This document shows, one piece after another, positions 10,407 to 20,370 of a stretch of 64,000 bases of DNA (the first letter of the stretch is position 1; each line of letters opens with the position of its first letter). Below the pieces are notes generated by a model. It made no database searches, was not told the DNA's origin, and saw only the letters and a program-made list of their open reading frames with translations. The DNA is from Acidimicrobiia bacterium (GTDB lineage: Bacteria; Actinomycetota; Acidimicrobiia; Spongiisociales; ZC4RG35), in contig CBDBCY010000004.1 of NCBI GenBank assembly GCA_965203555.1, forward strand, positions 512,001 to 576,000, written 5' to 3'. The translations under genes and the position numbers were made by a program.

Positions 10407-11371
10407 CCGGCGGTCAACACACACTGGCACTCCGGAATCTGACCAGGATCTTCAAGATCAAGACGGGCAGTTTCCGCCACGCCGATCTTAAGGCGGTGGA
10501 CGAAGTCACCATCTCAATCGCCCCCGGGAGAACCCTGGCAGTGGTGGGTGAGTCGGGATCGGGAAAGACTACCCTGGCCCGCCTCATCCTGCGCCTCTTG
10601 GAACCAACTCAGGGCACCGTGCTCCTACAAAACACCGACATAACCGCCATGAAAGGCGCCAAGTTGGAAAAGAGACGAGACCGGATGCAGATCGTCTTCC
10701 AGGATCCCTACGACTCAATTTCCCCCTGGCAGACCGTGGGGCGGACCGTGGCCGAGCCGTTGCTGCTGCATCAGAATCTCTCCAAGCAGGAAGCGGCCGA
10801 GTCGGTGGCCAGGATGCTGGAGAGGGTGGGTCTCAGCCCCGAACACGCCAAGCGTTACCCGCACGAGCTATCGGGGGGCCAGGCTCAGCGGGTGGGCATC
10901 GCCCGGGCCATGATCACCAACCCCGCCCTGGTGGTGCTGGACGAGCCCACCTCGTCGCTGGACATGTCGGTCCAGTCCCAGATCCTGCTGCTGCTGCAGT
11001 CCCTGCAGGAGGAGATGAACATCTCCTACCTGTTCATCTCCCACGACCTGACCGTGGTCCGTTACATCGCCCACGATCTGGCGGTGATGTATCTCGGTAA
11101 GGTTGTCGAATCCGGTCCGGCCCACGAAGTCTTTGCCTCCCCGCGCCACCCTTACACTGAAGCCCTGCTCAAAGCCGCTCCCCGCCCCGACCCTTCCTAC
11201 AAGACCGAACACGTCTACCTGGTGGGCGAGCAGCCCTCGGCGCTCGACAGGGCGCCGGGGTGTCCCTTGTACGGAAGGTGCCCGATCGCCGAAGAAGTGT
11301 GCGCCGACACGCCCCAGAAACTGGTGGACATCGGCGCCGGACACCGCGTCGCCTGTTGGAAGCGAACCTGA
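10403..11371 (+). CDS. ABC transporter ATP-binding protein (DppF-like)
   Basis: ATG 10403 overlaps the previous stop; GESGSGKT, LSGGQAQR and LDEPTS. Confidence 0.92.
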   Translation: MTGGQHTLALRNLTRIFKIKTGSFRHADLKAVDEVTISIAPGRTLAVVGESGSGKTTLARLILRLLEPTQGTVLLQNTDITAMKGAKLEKRRDRMQIVFQDPYDSISPWQTVGRTVAEPLLLHQNLSKQEAAESVARMLERVGLSPEHAKRYPHELSGGQAQRVGIARAMITNPALVVLDEPTSSLDMSVQSQILLLLQSLQEEMNISYLFISHDLTVVRYIAHDLAVMYLGKVVESGPAHEVFASPRHPYTEALLKAAPRPDPSYKTEHVYLVGEQPSALDRAPGCPLYGRCPIAEEVCADTPQKLVDIGAGHRVACWKRT

Positions 11372-13404
11372 AACTCCGAGTCGCAACCGACATAGGCGGC
11401 ACTTTCACCGACGTGGTGGTGTTCGACCCGGGTTCGCGAAGGTACACCACCGCCAAGGCCCCGAGCCAGAGCCACGACCTGGCCACCGGAGTGATGAACG
11501 CGCTGGGGCTTGTGGTGGACGACCCGACCGGAGTCGAATCTTTCGTTCACGGGTCGACGGTGGGACTCAACGCTTTCCTGCAGAGGCGGGGAGAGCGTGT
11601 CATCCTGCTGGCGACCAGGGGAGCAAGCGACATCTACCACATCGCCCGGGGCAACCGGTTGGACATGTACAACATCCGGTACCGCAAGCCCCGGCCCCTC
11701 CTCCCCCGCCGCGACATCATCCCCATCCGAGGGCGCCTCGACTGCGACGGCAATGAACTGACCCCCCTCGACTACGACGACCTTCGCCGGGCGGCGGATC
11801 GGATCCGCTCCGAGGGCGTCCGGTCGGCGGCCATCGCTTTCCTGTTCTCATATCAGAACCCCGATCACGAGGAAGCCGCCGCGAAGGCCTTGGCGGACCT
11901 GGTTCCCGGAGTCTCCATCTCCCTCTCTCACCAGGTGGCCACCGAGTGGCGGGAGTACGAGCGGACCGCCTCCACGGTGATGGACGCCTACATCGCTCCC
12001 TCGGTCTCCCGTTACATGGCCGATCTCTCGGTCCGATTGAGTGATCGGGGCATGTCGGCGCCGCTGCGGGTCATGCAGTCCAACGGGGGCGTGATCTCGG
12101 CCCGTTCGGCTTCCGAGCGTCCGCTGCAGACGCTGTTGTCCGGCCCGGTGGGCGGGGCGGCCGGGGGCGTTGCTCTTTCTGAAGTCCTCAGCCGACCCAA
12201 CCTGATCTGCATCGACCTGGGAGGGACCAGCTTCGACGTCAGCCTGGTCACCTCGGGCCAGGCCGACAGTTCCCCCTCCGCCCTGCTGGAAGGCCTGCCG
12301 GTGCTGATGCCGGTGGTTGACATCCACACCATCGGAGCGGGAGGCGGTTCACTCGCCTACCTGGAGGCCGGCGGCTTGCGGGTGGGGCCGGAGAGCGCCG
12401 GCGCTCACCCCGGTCCCGCCTGTTACGGCCGGGGCGGCACCCAGCCCACCGTCACCGACGCCAACCTGTTCCTGGGAAGGATCGATCCAAGCTACTTCCT
12501 GGGCGGCAACCTCACCCTCGACACCGGAGCGGCAGCGTCAGCCCTGGCGGACCTGGGCGCCAAACTCAGCCTGGACGCGGAGAGGCTGGCCCTGGGAGTC
12601 ATCGAAGTCATCAATGCCAAGATGTCGCAGGCCATCCGGACCCTCACCGTGGAACGCGGGATCGAGCCCCGGGAGTTCAGCCTGGTGGCCTTCGGTGGCG
12701 CGGGACCCATGCACGCTGTCGCGCTGGCGCAGGAACTGGGAATCTCCGAAGTCATCGTTCCCCCCGACCCCGGTGGCTTCTCGGCCTGGGGAATGCTGCA
12801 GTCGGCCGTTCGCCAGGACTTCAGCGAGGCCTTTTTCCGTGACTTCGCGGATCTCGACACCGGAGACCTGCAGACCAGGTTCGACCGGATCGGAGACCGG
12901 GCCCTCTCGAGTCTGCTGGAAGAGGGAGTGGCTTCGGACCGTGTGTCCCTGGTCCAGCGCCTTGACATGCGCTACCAGGGCCAGGAGCACACCCTGACCG
13001 TGACCCTTCCCAACGGCGCTTCTCCCGGCCAGGACCGTTTCGCAGCTCTGCGCCAGAGGTTCGAGGACAGCTACAAGGCCCGGTACGGTCACTCCAATCC
13101 CCAGGCGTCGCTGGAGACCGTCAACCTGAGGCTCACCGCCCTGGGAGACGTGGGGCGCCCTCTCCTGCAGGCCAACTACCAGCCCGAACAAGCCTCGGTT
13201 GTACCTTCCAAGACGACGCCGGTGCTGTTCGGTTCCGGTTCCCACCCCACCGCCCGGTACAACCGGGAGATGTTGCCGCCGGGATGCTCCATAGATGGGC
13301 CGGCCATCGTGGAGGAGGCTACCGCCACCACCGTGATTCCACCCGGAGGCTCGGCCACCATCGACCCCTACGGGTGCCTGGTGATAGGGGTCCCTCCCCT
13401 ATGA
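11356..13404 (+). CDS. Hydantoinase/oxoprolinase subunit A (HyuA-like)
   Basis: DIGGTFTD, DLGGTSFD, GAGGGS and GPACYGRGG..PTVTDA; start approximate. Confidence 0.88.
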   Translation: MEANLKLRVATDIGGTFTDVVVFDPGSRRYTTAKAPSQSHDLATGVMNALGLVVDDPTGVESFVHGSTVGLNAFLQRRGERVILLATRGASDIYHIARGNRLDMYNIRYRKPRPLLPRRDIIPIRGRLDCDGNELTPLDYDDLRRAADRIRSEGVRSAAIAFLFSYQNPDHEEAAAKALADLVPGVSISLSHQVATEWREYERTASTVMDAYIAPSVSRYMADLSVRLSDRGMSAPLRVMQSNGGVISARSASERPLQTLLSGPVGGAAGGVALSEVLSRPNLICIDLGGTSFDVSLVTSGQADSSPSALLEGLPVLMPVVDIHTIGAGGGSLAYLEAGGLRVGPESAGAHPGPACYGRGGTQPTVTDANLFLGRIDPSYFLGGNLTLDTGAAASALADLGAKLSLDAERLALGVIEVINAKMSQAIRTLTVERGIEPREFSLVAFGGAGPMHAVALAQELGISEVIVPPDPGGFSAWGMLQSAVRQDFSEAFFRDFADLDTGDLQTRFDRIGDRALSSLLEEGVASDRVSLVQRLDMRYQGQEHTLTVTLPNGASPGQDRFAALRQRFEDSYKARYGHSNPQASLETVNLRLTALGDVGRPLLQANYQPEQASVVPSKTTPVLFGSGSHPTARYNREMLPPGCSIDGPAIVEEATATTVIPPGGSATIDPYGCLVIGVPPL

Positions 13405-15080
13405 GCCCCGACCCCATCACCATCGAGATCCTCCGCAACGCCTTCATCATGGCCGCCGAAGAGATGAACGCGGCATTGATCCGCTCCGCATACACGCCGG
13501 TGATCTACGAGTCCAAGGACTGCGCGGTGGCGCTGATCGACAGCCGCCACCGGGTGCTGGGACAGTCCTCGGGAGTCCCACTCTTTTTGGGCAACCTTGA
13601 AGCCTGCACCCTCGCCACCGAGGAGATGTTCGGAAGGTCGGTCTGGAACGAGGGCGACATCTGGATCATGAACGATCCCTACCTGACCGGCACCCACATG
13701 CACGACGTCACCATCTTCGCTCCCATCTTCTACCACGGAGACCTGGCCGGCTTTGCTGCCTCCCGGGCCCACTGGCTGGACATCGGCGCCAAGGACCCCG
13801 GAGTGCCGATGGACTCGACCGAAGTCTTCCAGGAGGGCGTGCGTCTGCCGCCCACCCAGGTGATGAGGGGCGGGCAACCGGTGAAGGACATCTGGTCGAT
13901 CGTGGAAAGCAACGTTCGATTTCCCAGATCGGCGATTGGCGACATGACCGCGCAGTTCGCGGTGGCAGCCATCGGCGAACATCGCCTGGGCGCCCTCTTC
14001 GACCGCTACGGGCGGGATACCGTGGAGGCAGCCGCCGAAGAGATCTTTCGGCAGAGTGAACGGCTGGACCGGGAAGCGATCAGGGCCATTCCAGACGGGG
14101 TATACGCCGCGGAGGGCTTCCTCGATTCCGACGGGGTGGGTGACGACCCGGTCCACATGAAGGTGACGATCACCGTGGATGGCGAGCGGCTGGTATTCGA
14201 CCTCACCGAGACGGACGGCCCTGGCCAGGGCCCGATCAACTGCGGGGCGGTGCAGACCCTGTCCGCCTGCCGCCTGGCTTTCAAGTATCTGTTCAACTCC
14301 CATCAGCCGGTCAACGGAGGGACTTTCCTTCCGCTGGAGGTGAAAACCAAGCCGGGTTCCATCCTGAGCGCGGTCCCACCGGCTGCCTGCCAGTTCTATT
14401 TCACTCCCCTGGGTCTGATGATTGATTTGATCTGTTCGGCGCTCTCGTCCGCCCTTCCCGACACCGTTCCGGCCGCCCATTACGGCGACGGCATGATATT
14501 CCAGTTCACGGGAATAAATCCCCGGACCGATGAACTGTTCCTGGACAACGAGCCCCATGTGGGCGGCTGGGGCGCCTCCCGCGGCCAGGACGGCCAGGAT
14601 GGCATGATCTGGACCCTGTCCGGAAATTTCCACGACATGCCCATTGAAGTGTTCGAATCCAAATTCCCCGCCCGGATCACCGACTACGGCTTCCGCCGGG
14701 ATTCGGCCGGTGCGGGCCGGTGGCGGGGCGGGAACGGCATCATAAGGGAATACCAGATGACCACCGACACGGAGTTGAGCCTGTGGTTCGAGCGGTCGGG
14801 TCACCCGGCCTGGGGCCTGTTCGGCGGCCAGGGCGGGGCGCCCCCGCGAGTGGTGATCAATCCCGGTACACCCCGGGAGATACGGCGACTCAAGACCAAC
14901 CGCATGCCGCTGCGCAAAGGGGATGTCGTGCGCTGTTACACGGGAGGCGGCGGTGGGTACGGTGATCCCCTGGAGCGCGATCCCCGGGCCGTTCTAACCG
15001 ATCTGGCGGATGGCCACATCTCTCCCGACTACGCCGAGCGCCATCATCGGATGAACTCGGAGGAACTCTCCGGGGAGTAA
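13401..15080 (+). CDS. Hydantoinase B/oxoprolinase subunit (HyuB-like)
   Basis: RSAYTPVIYE, NDPYLTGTHMHD, HWLDIG and TGGGGGYGDP; ATGA overlap. Confidence 0.88.
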   Translation: MSPDPITIEILRNAFIMAAEEMNAALIRSAYTPVIYESKDCAVALIDSRHRVLGQSSGVPLFLGNLEACTLATEEMFGRSVWNEGDIWIMNDPYLTGTHMHDVTIFAPIFYHGDLAGFAASRAHWLDIGAKDPGVPMDSTEVFQEGVRLPPTQVMRGGQPVKDIWSIVESNVRFPRSAIGDMTAQFAVAAIGEHRLGALFDRYGRDTVEAAAEEIFRQSERLDREAIRAIPDGVYAAEGFLDSDGVGDDPVHMKVTITVDGERLVFDLTETDGPGQGPINCGAVQTLSACRLAFKYLFNSHQPVNGGTFLPLEVKTKPGSILSAVPPAACQFYFTPLGLMIDLICSALSSALPDTVPAAHYGDGMIFQFTGINPRTDELFLDNEPHVGGWGASRGQDGQDGMIWTLSGNFHDMPIEVFESKFPARITDYGFRRDSAGAGRWRGGNGIIREYQMTTDTELSLWFERSGHPAWGLFGGQGGAPPRVVINPGTPREIRRLKTNRMPLRKGDVVRCYTGGGGGYGDPLERDPRAVLTDLADGHISPDYAERHHRMNSEELSGE

Positions 15081-15130
15081 CCCGCGCCGCCCGGGTCTTT
15101 GCTCCGGACGGCGCAGATCGTAGTCAGCAC

Positions 15131-17002
15131 CTACTCTCCCCCCGTCTCCTCCGGGGCCTCTCCGGAGGTCTCCTCCGGTGGGTTGTCCAGCAACGACTTC
15201 ACCCACTCCATAAGTTCCTGGAGGGGCAGGCTGGGGAACTGGGCCTGGATGTCCAGAGGAACACCGTCTTCCCCGACGTCGATCCCGCCCGGAGTCGTCC
15301 ACCGGATGGTGGTCAGCCTGAAGACGCCCTCATTGAATAGATGGAGCAAACTCTGCCCGGTGTTCTTCTTGAAAGTGGTCTCACCGATCACCACCGCTCC
15401 TCGGGTTTCCTGCAGCAGCCCGGCCAGCACCTCAGCGGCCGAGGCGGATTGCCCGTTCACCAGCACCGCTATCCGGGGGGCGTCGGCTGCCAACAGAGAC
15501 TCGCCAATGCCGTCGATGTCATAGGTCCTGTCCCGAGTGTGGAAGGTCATAACCGGCACCTCACCCACCAGAGACCCGGCTATTTTCTGCAGTACGTCCA
15601 CCCGTCCCCCGGGGTTGTTGCGAAAGTCGAGAACCAGCAGTTCGGTATCCACCACTTCGGCCAGCCGCCCCGCGAACTCCTCGGGGGCGCCACCCGGGGA
15701 CGCGCTGAAGCTGGTCAATTGGATGTAGGCGATGGACTGGGTGTCGTGCGACTCCGCACTGGTGTACGGAACCTCTATTTCCTTGCGAACCAGGGTGAGT
15801 GTGTACTCCTCCCCGTCCCTTTCGAAGGTGATGTCCACCGAGGTGTCGAGTTCGCCCCGGATCAGACCGGCCGCCTCCCGAAGAGTCAGACCGGAAAGAC
15901 GGTTGCCGTCCACGGCAACAATGAAATCCCACGGCAGCAAACCGGCGTTGTAGGCGGGACCGCCCTCGAAGACGTCAAGGATGAAGATCCGGCAGGTCTC
16001 CGAAAGCGGGGAACAGAACGGCTTCCACTGGTCGTCCACCGTGACCACCCGAACTCCGATACCCACGTAGCGGCCCGCCTCATCGATTGCCCTCCACTCT
16101 TCGGGATCGTGGTAGGCGCTGTTACGATCCAACGCCTTGACCATCTCCCGCACCGCGGTTTCCGCAACACTCTTGAGGGGAGTCTCGACCGCGCCCGACG
16201 CCCAGGCGCACACCGGCTCGAAGACCGGATCGGGGATGGAACAGTCAAACCGAGGACGTTTCGCAGCCGATTCCTCCGCCTCCTCCATCGCCAAGGCGGC
16301 CGCCTCGTTCACCGGCGCCGCCAACTCCTCGAGAGTGACTCCCAGCAGGTACCTGGTGTCGATGTACTCGTACACCTCGCACAGCAGCAGCCACTCGTCC
16401 GGATCCTCACAATTGGCGACCGCATAGGGAACCGCCAACGCCCTCTCTATCAGTGTGGCCGCCTCCCGAAGGTTTATGGGGTCCTCGCCACAGAACCGCA
16501 ACGGATCCTCGGCACACCCCCTGGTGATCCCGTCCGCATACAAGCCGCTAACCGCATCCGCGTAGAACGCGTCTTCCGGGATGTCGGTAAAGGACGCCGG
16601 ATCGGCCGGGTGCCGGTCATCGAAGAACGCCCGATCCAGCCAAACGGCGAACTCGCCGCGGGTGATCACCTCGTCCGGACGGAAGGTCCCATCCGGGTCT
16701 GCATTCACCACCCCCTCCAGGGCCAGGGCTTCGATGGTCCCTGCGCTCCGGCTGTTCTCCCCCACATCCGAGAACAGGCCCTGCCAAGGCTCTTCCGCAA
16801 GACTCAGGGCCTCGGCCAGCAGGACCGCCGCTTCCCGGTTGGTCAGTGCCCGGCTCCCGTCAAGGGAGATGGGGACGGGGTGCGGGGCATCGTCGGATGT
16901 GGACGGCGCCTCCTGAGCGAGGACCGGGCCTGTAAATATCAAGCCCACCGCGATAACGGACGCCAAGACCCGCTTGGCAAAGGGAACAGTAAAGGAAATC
17001 AT
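15131..17002 (-). CDS. SLH-domain S41 (CtpA-like) carboxyl-terminal protease with PDZ domain
   Basis: Signal peptide; SLH repeats (ITRGEFAVWL); PDZ (GIGV...GPAYNAGL); DFRNNPGG; catalytic SASAAE. Confidence 0.85.
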   Translation of the reverse strand: MISFTVPFAKRVLASVIAVGLIFTGPVLAQEAPSTSDDAPHPVPISLDGSRALTNREAAVLLAEALSLAEEPWQGLFSDVGENSRSAGTIEALALEGVVNADPDGTFRPDEVITRGEFAVWLDRAFFDDRHPADPASFTDIPEDAFYADAVSGLYADGITRGCAEDPLRFCGEDPINLREAATLIERALAVPYAVANCEDPDEWLLLCEVYEYIDTRYLLGVTLEELAAPVNEAAALAMEEAEESAAKRPRFDCSIPDPVFEPVCAWASGAVETPLKSVAETAVREMVKALDRNSAYHDPEEWRAIDEAGRYVGIGVRVVTVDDQWKPFCSPLSETCRIFILDVFEGGPAYNAGLLPWDFIVAVDGNRLSGLTLREAAGLIRGELDTSVDITFERDGEEYTLTLVRKEIEVPYTSAESHDTQSIAYIQLTSFSASPGGAPEEFAGRLAEVVDTELLVLDFRNNPGGRVDVLQKIAGSLVGEVPVMTFHTRDRTYDIDGIGESLLAADAPRIAVLVNGQSASAAEVLAGLLQETRGAVVIGETTFKKNTGQSLLHLFNEGVFRLTTIRWTTPGGIDVGEDGVPLDIQAQFPSLPLQELMEWVKSLLDNPPEETSGEAPEETGGE

Positions 17003-17049
17003 TAAGGCAAGACTAACGATCCCCGGCAGTTATGTCCCTGAAGTAGATT

Positions 17050-17167
17050 GTCCGGCGGTGACCTACTCTCCCGGGGTTTTGCAACCCAAGTACCATCGGC
17101 GCTGTCGGGTTTCACTTCCGTGTTCGGAATGGGAACGGGTGGTTCCCCAACGCTATCGCCACCGGAC
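17050..17167 (-). rRNA. rrf: 5S rRNA
   Basis: Reverse complement contains CCCAUUCCGAACAC and GAGAGUAGGUCACCGCCGG; ends approximate. Confidence 0.95.
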
Positions 17168-17426
17168 AACCAAACTCACAACAAGCAAATCATCTGGGAT
17201 TCCCTGTCCAAGCCCTCGGCCTATTAGTACCGGTCAGCTGAACGCATTGCTGCGCTTACACCTCCGGCCTATCAACCTGGTGTTCTGCCAGGGGCCTTAC
17301 CGGGTAATACCCGTGGGAGACCTCATCTTGGGGTGGGCTTCGCACTTAGATGCCTTCAGCGCTTATCCCGTCCGTACGTAGCTAACCAGCCGTGCTCTTG
17401 GCAGAACAACTGGCACACCAGAGGTA

Positions 17427-17458
<32 letters not shown>

Positions 17459-17482
17459 CTCCCCTCAAGTCTCCTGCGCCTG

Positions 17483-17517
<35 letters not shown>

Positions 17518-17536
17518 AAACCCAGCTCGCGTGCCG

Positions 17537-17615
<79 letters not shown>

Positions 17616-17804
17616 ACGCCGTCGATATGGACTCTTGGGCGTGATTAGCCTGTTATCCCCGGAGTACCTTTTAGCCGATGAGCCATGGCGCACCCACGTG
17701 CCACCATGGGATCACTAAGCCCGACTTTCGTCCCTGTTTGACTTGTAGGTCTCACAGTCAAGCTCCCTTGTGCCTTTACACTCGTCGTCTGATTGCCGAC
17801 CAGA

Positions 17805-17845
<41 letters not shown>

Positions 17846-18127
17846 CACCGCCCCAGTGAAACTGACCGCCAGACACTGTCCCCGATCCGGATTACGGACC
17901 CGGGTTAGAAGCCCGTCGTACAAAGGGTGGTATTCCAAGGTTGACTCCACAGAGGCTTGCGCCTCTGCTTCCTCGTCTCCCACCTATCCTGCACATTACA
18001 CGCCAGACTCCAATGCCAAGCTACAGTAAAGGTTCCGGGGTCTTACCGTCCTGCCGCAGGTAGTGAGCATCTTTACTCACATTGCAATTTCGCCGAGTCC
18101 CTGGTTGAGACAGTGCCCAAATCGTTG

Positions 18128-18171
<44 letters not shown>

Positions 18172-18798
18172 CGGATGATCCCACCTGTTTCCAAGCGGGC
18201 CGGACTTTACCTTGATTGACCTCGATTCATCTGACCGGCGATCTGGCGTATCCGATCAACGCCTTCTTCGGTCAGATGCTCCCCCGCTTCCATCATCAGC
18301 AGGATGCGTCGGAACTTCTCGAACGCAATCCGCTTTCTGGTCTTCAGCGGGTGCTTGACAAAGAACGGAACGATATACCGGAGCAAATGCTCGATGCTGC
18401 GCACACGGTAGGCCATCCGGTCGCCGTGGTTCTTGCGTACCACGCCGCACCCGAAATGGCTCTTCATTGCATGCAGTACCTGTACATCGCGTTCGTGCTG
18501 CACAACGGTGAACTCAGGTAGAACCTGAAAGCCGGTCTTCATGCTGGGATGAGGGTTTATCCCGACGTGAAAGCAACCTTCACCGTCCACGAATCCTGTT
18601 ATCCATTGACTGTCAAGCTTCATCGATCAATCCTGAACGTCAAGTCTCTGAGGGTTTCCATTGCAGATTGGACCTTCCCTGCGGATTGTCCCCATGTCTG
18701 CCGGATTTTTACTGCCCGCCTGTGAGGACGGACGAGTACCGGACAGCTGTACGAGGAGTTTCCCGCATATGGTTCAGTTTTACTAAGGCTGCGATTCA
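18172..18798 (-). ncRNA. Group I self-splicing intron at 23S position L1931 (627 nt)
   Basis: Interrupts CCUAAGGU|AGCGAAAUU; ends in omega-G; P1 with U.G wobble; P, Q, R and S elements and P3, P4, P7, P8, P9 pairings are all visible. Confidence 0.95.
18207..18623 (-). CDS. Intron-encoded single-motif LAGLIDADG homing endonuclease
   Basis: WITGFVDGEGCF motif, conserved Gln (FTVVQHERD) and HPLKTRK; 138 aa; lies in loop L8. Confidence 0.93.
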   Translation of the reverse strand: MKLDSQWITGFVDGEGCFHVGINPHPSMKTGFQVLPEFTVVQHERDVQVLHAMKSHFGCGVVRKNHGDRMAYRVRSIEHLLRYIVPFFVKHPLKTRKRIAFEKFRRILLMMEAGEHLTEEGVDRIRQIAGQMNRGQSR

Positions 18799-18842
<44 letters not shown>

Positions 18843-19721
18843 AATTCAGAGCTTCGCCCGAGGGCTAACACCTCCTCTTAACCTTCCGGCACCGGGCAGG
18901 CGTCACAGCGTATACGTCGTCTTACGACTTAGCACGCTGCTGTGCTTTTAGTAAGCAGTCGTTTGGGCCTGGTCACTGCGGCCCCCTCAAGCTTCGGAGG
19001 AAAACTCCTACACTTTACCGGGGCGCTCCTTCTCCCGAGGTTACGGAGCCAATTTGCCGAATTCCTTAACCAGGGTTAACTCGCTCGCCTTGGTATTCTC
19101 TACCTGTCCACCTGTGTCGGTTTGGGGTACGGGCGCCCTGTGAACTCACTAGAGGTTTTTCTCGGTGGCATGGGCGTTCAGCGGCTTCTCCTAGAGGCGG
19201 ATCGGCGTCACGCCTCGGGCTTTTTTCGTGGCCCGGATTTACCTGGGCCACACCCTACACGTTTACCCCGGGAACAACCAACGCCCGGGTCCGCTTACCC
19301 TTCCACGTCGCCCCATTGTTGACCTCCTCCGGTCTGGGTCGACCACATCCGAAGATGCGGTCTTAGCAAGACCGGCCTTGGTCGGGCGCGCACAGAGCGG
19401 TACGGGAATATCAACCCGTTGTCCATCGACTACGCCTTGCGGCCTCGCCTTAGGTCCCGACTAACCCTGGGCGGACGAACCTTCCCCAGGAACCCTTGGA
19501 CATTCGGCGGAAGAGATTCTCACTCTCCATTCGCTACTCATACCGGCATTCTCACTCGTGCCGTCTCCACGTCTCCTCACGGCGACGCTTCTCTGTCGAC
19601 ACGACGCTCCCCTACCGATCCCGCCCAACGGACGGAATCTCGCAGCTTCGGTGCTGAGCTTTAGCCCCGTTACATTTTCCGCGCAGCGCCACTCGACCAG
19701 TGAGCTATTACGCATTCTTTA

Positions 19722-19756
<35 letters not shown>

Positions 19757-20328
19757 TTGTGCAACTCCACATCGTTTCCCACTTAGCTCAGACTTAGGGA
19801 CCTTAGCTGGCGATCTGGGCTGTTTCCCTCGCGTCCACGAAGCTCATCCCACGTAGACTGACTGCCACGCTCTCACGCAATGAGATTCGGAGTTTGACTG
19901 AAGTTGGTAGGCTTGTGGGCCCCCTAGTTCAATCAGTGCTCTACCCCCATTGCGAAACGCGTAACGCTAGCCCTAAAGCTATTTCGGGGAGAACCAGCTA
20001 TCACCGGGCTTGATTGGCCTTTCACCCCTATCCACAGGTCATCCCCCAAGTTTTCAACCTTGGTGGGTTCGGGCCTCCACGAAGTCTTACCTTCGCTTCA
20101 CCCTGCCCATGGATAGCTCGCCCGGATTCGGGTCTAGGGCATGCGACTGGGTCGCCCTGTTCAGACTCGCTTTCGCTTCGGCTCCGGTACAACTACCTTA
20201 ACCTTGCCACATACCGCTAACTCGCCGGCTCATTCTTCAAAAGGCAGGCGGTCAGAGTTCCGTAGAACTCCTCCCACTGCTTGTAGGTCAACGGTTTCAG
20301 GTACTATTTCACTCCCCTCACCGGGGTG

Positions 20329-20370
<42 letters not shown>

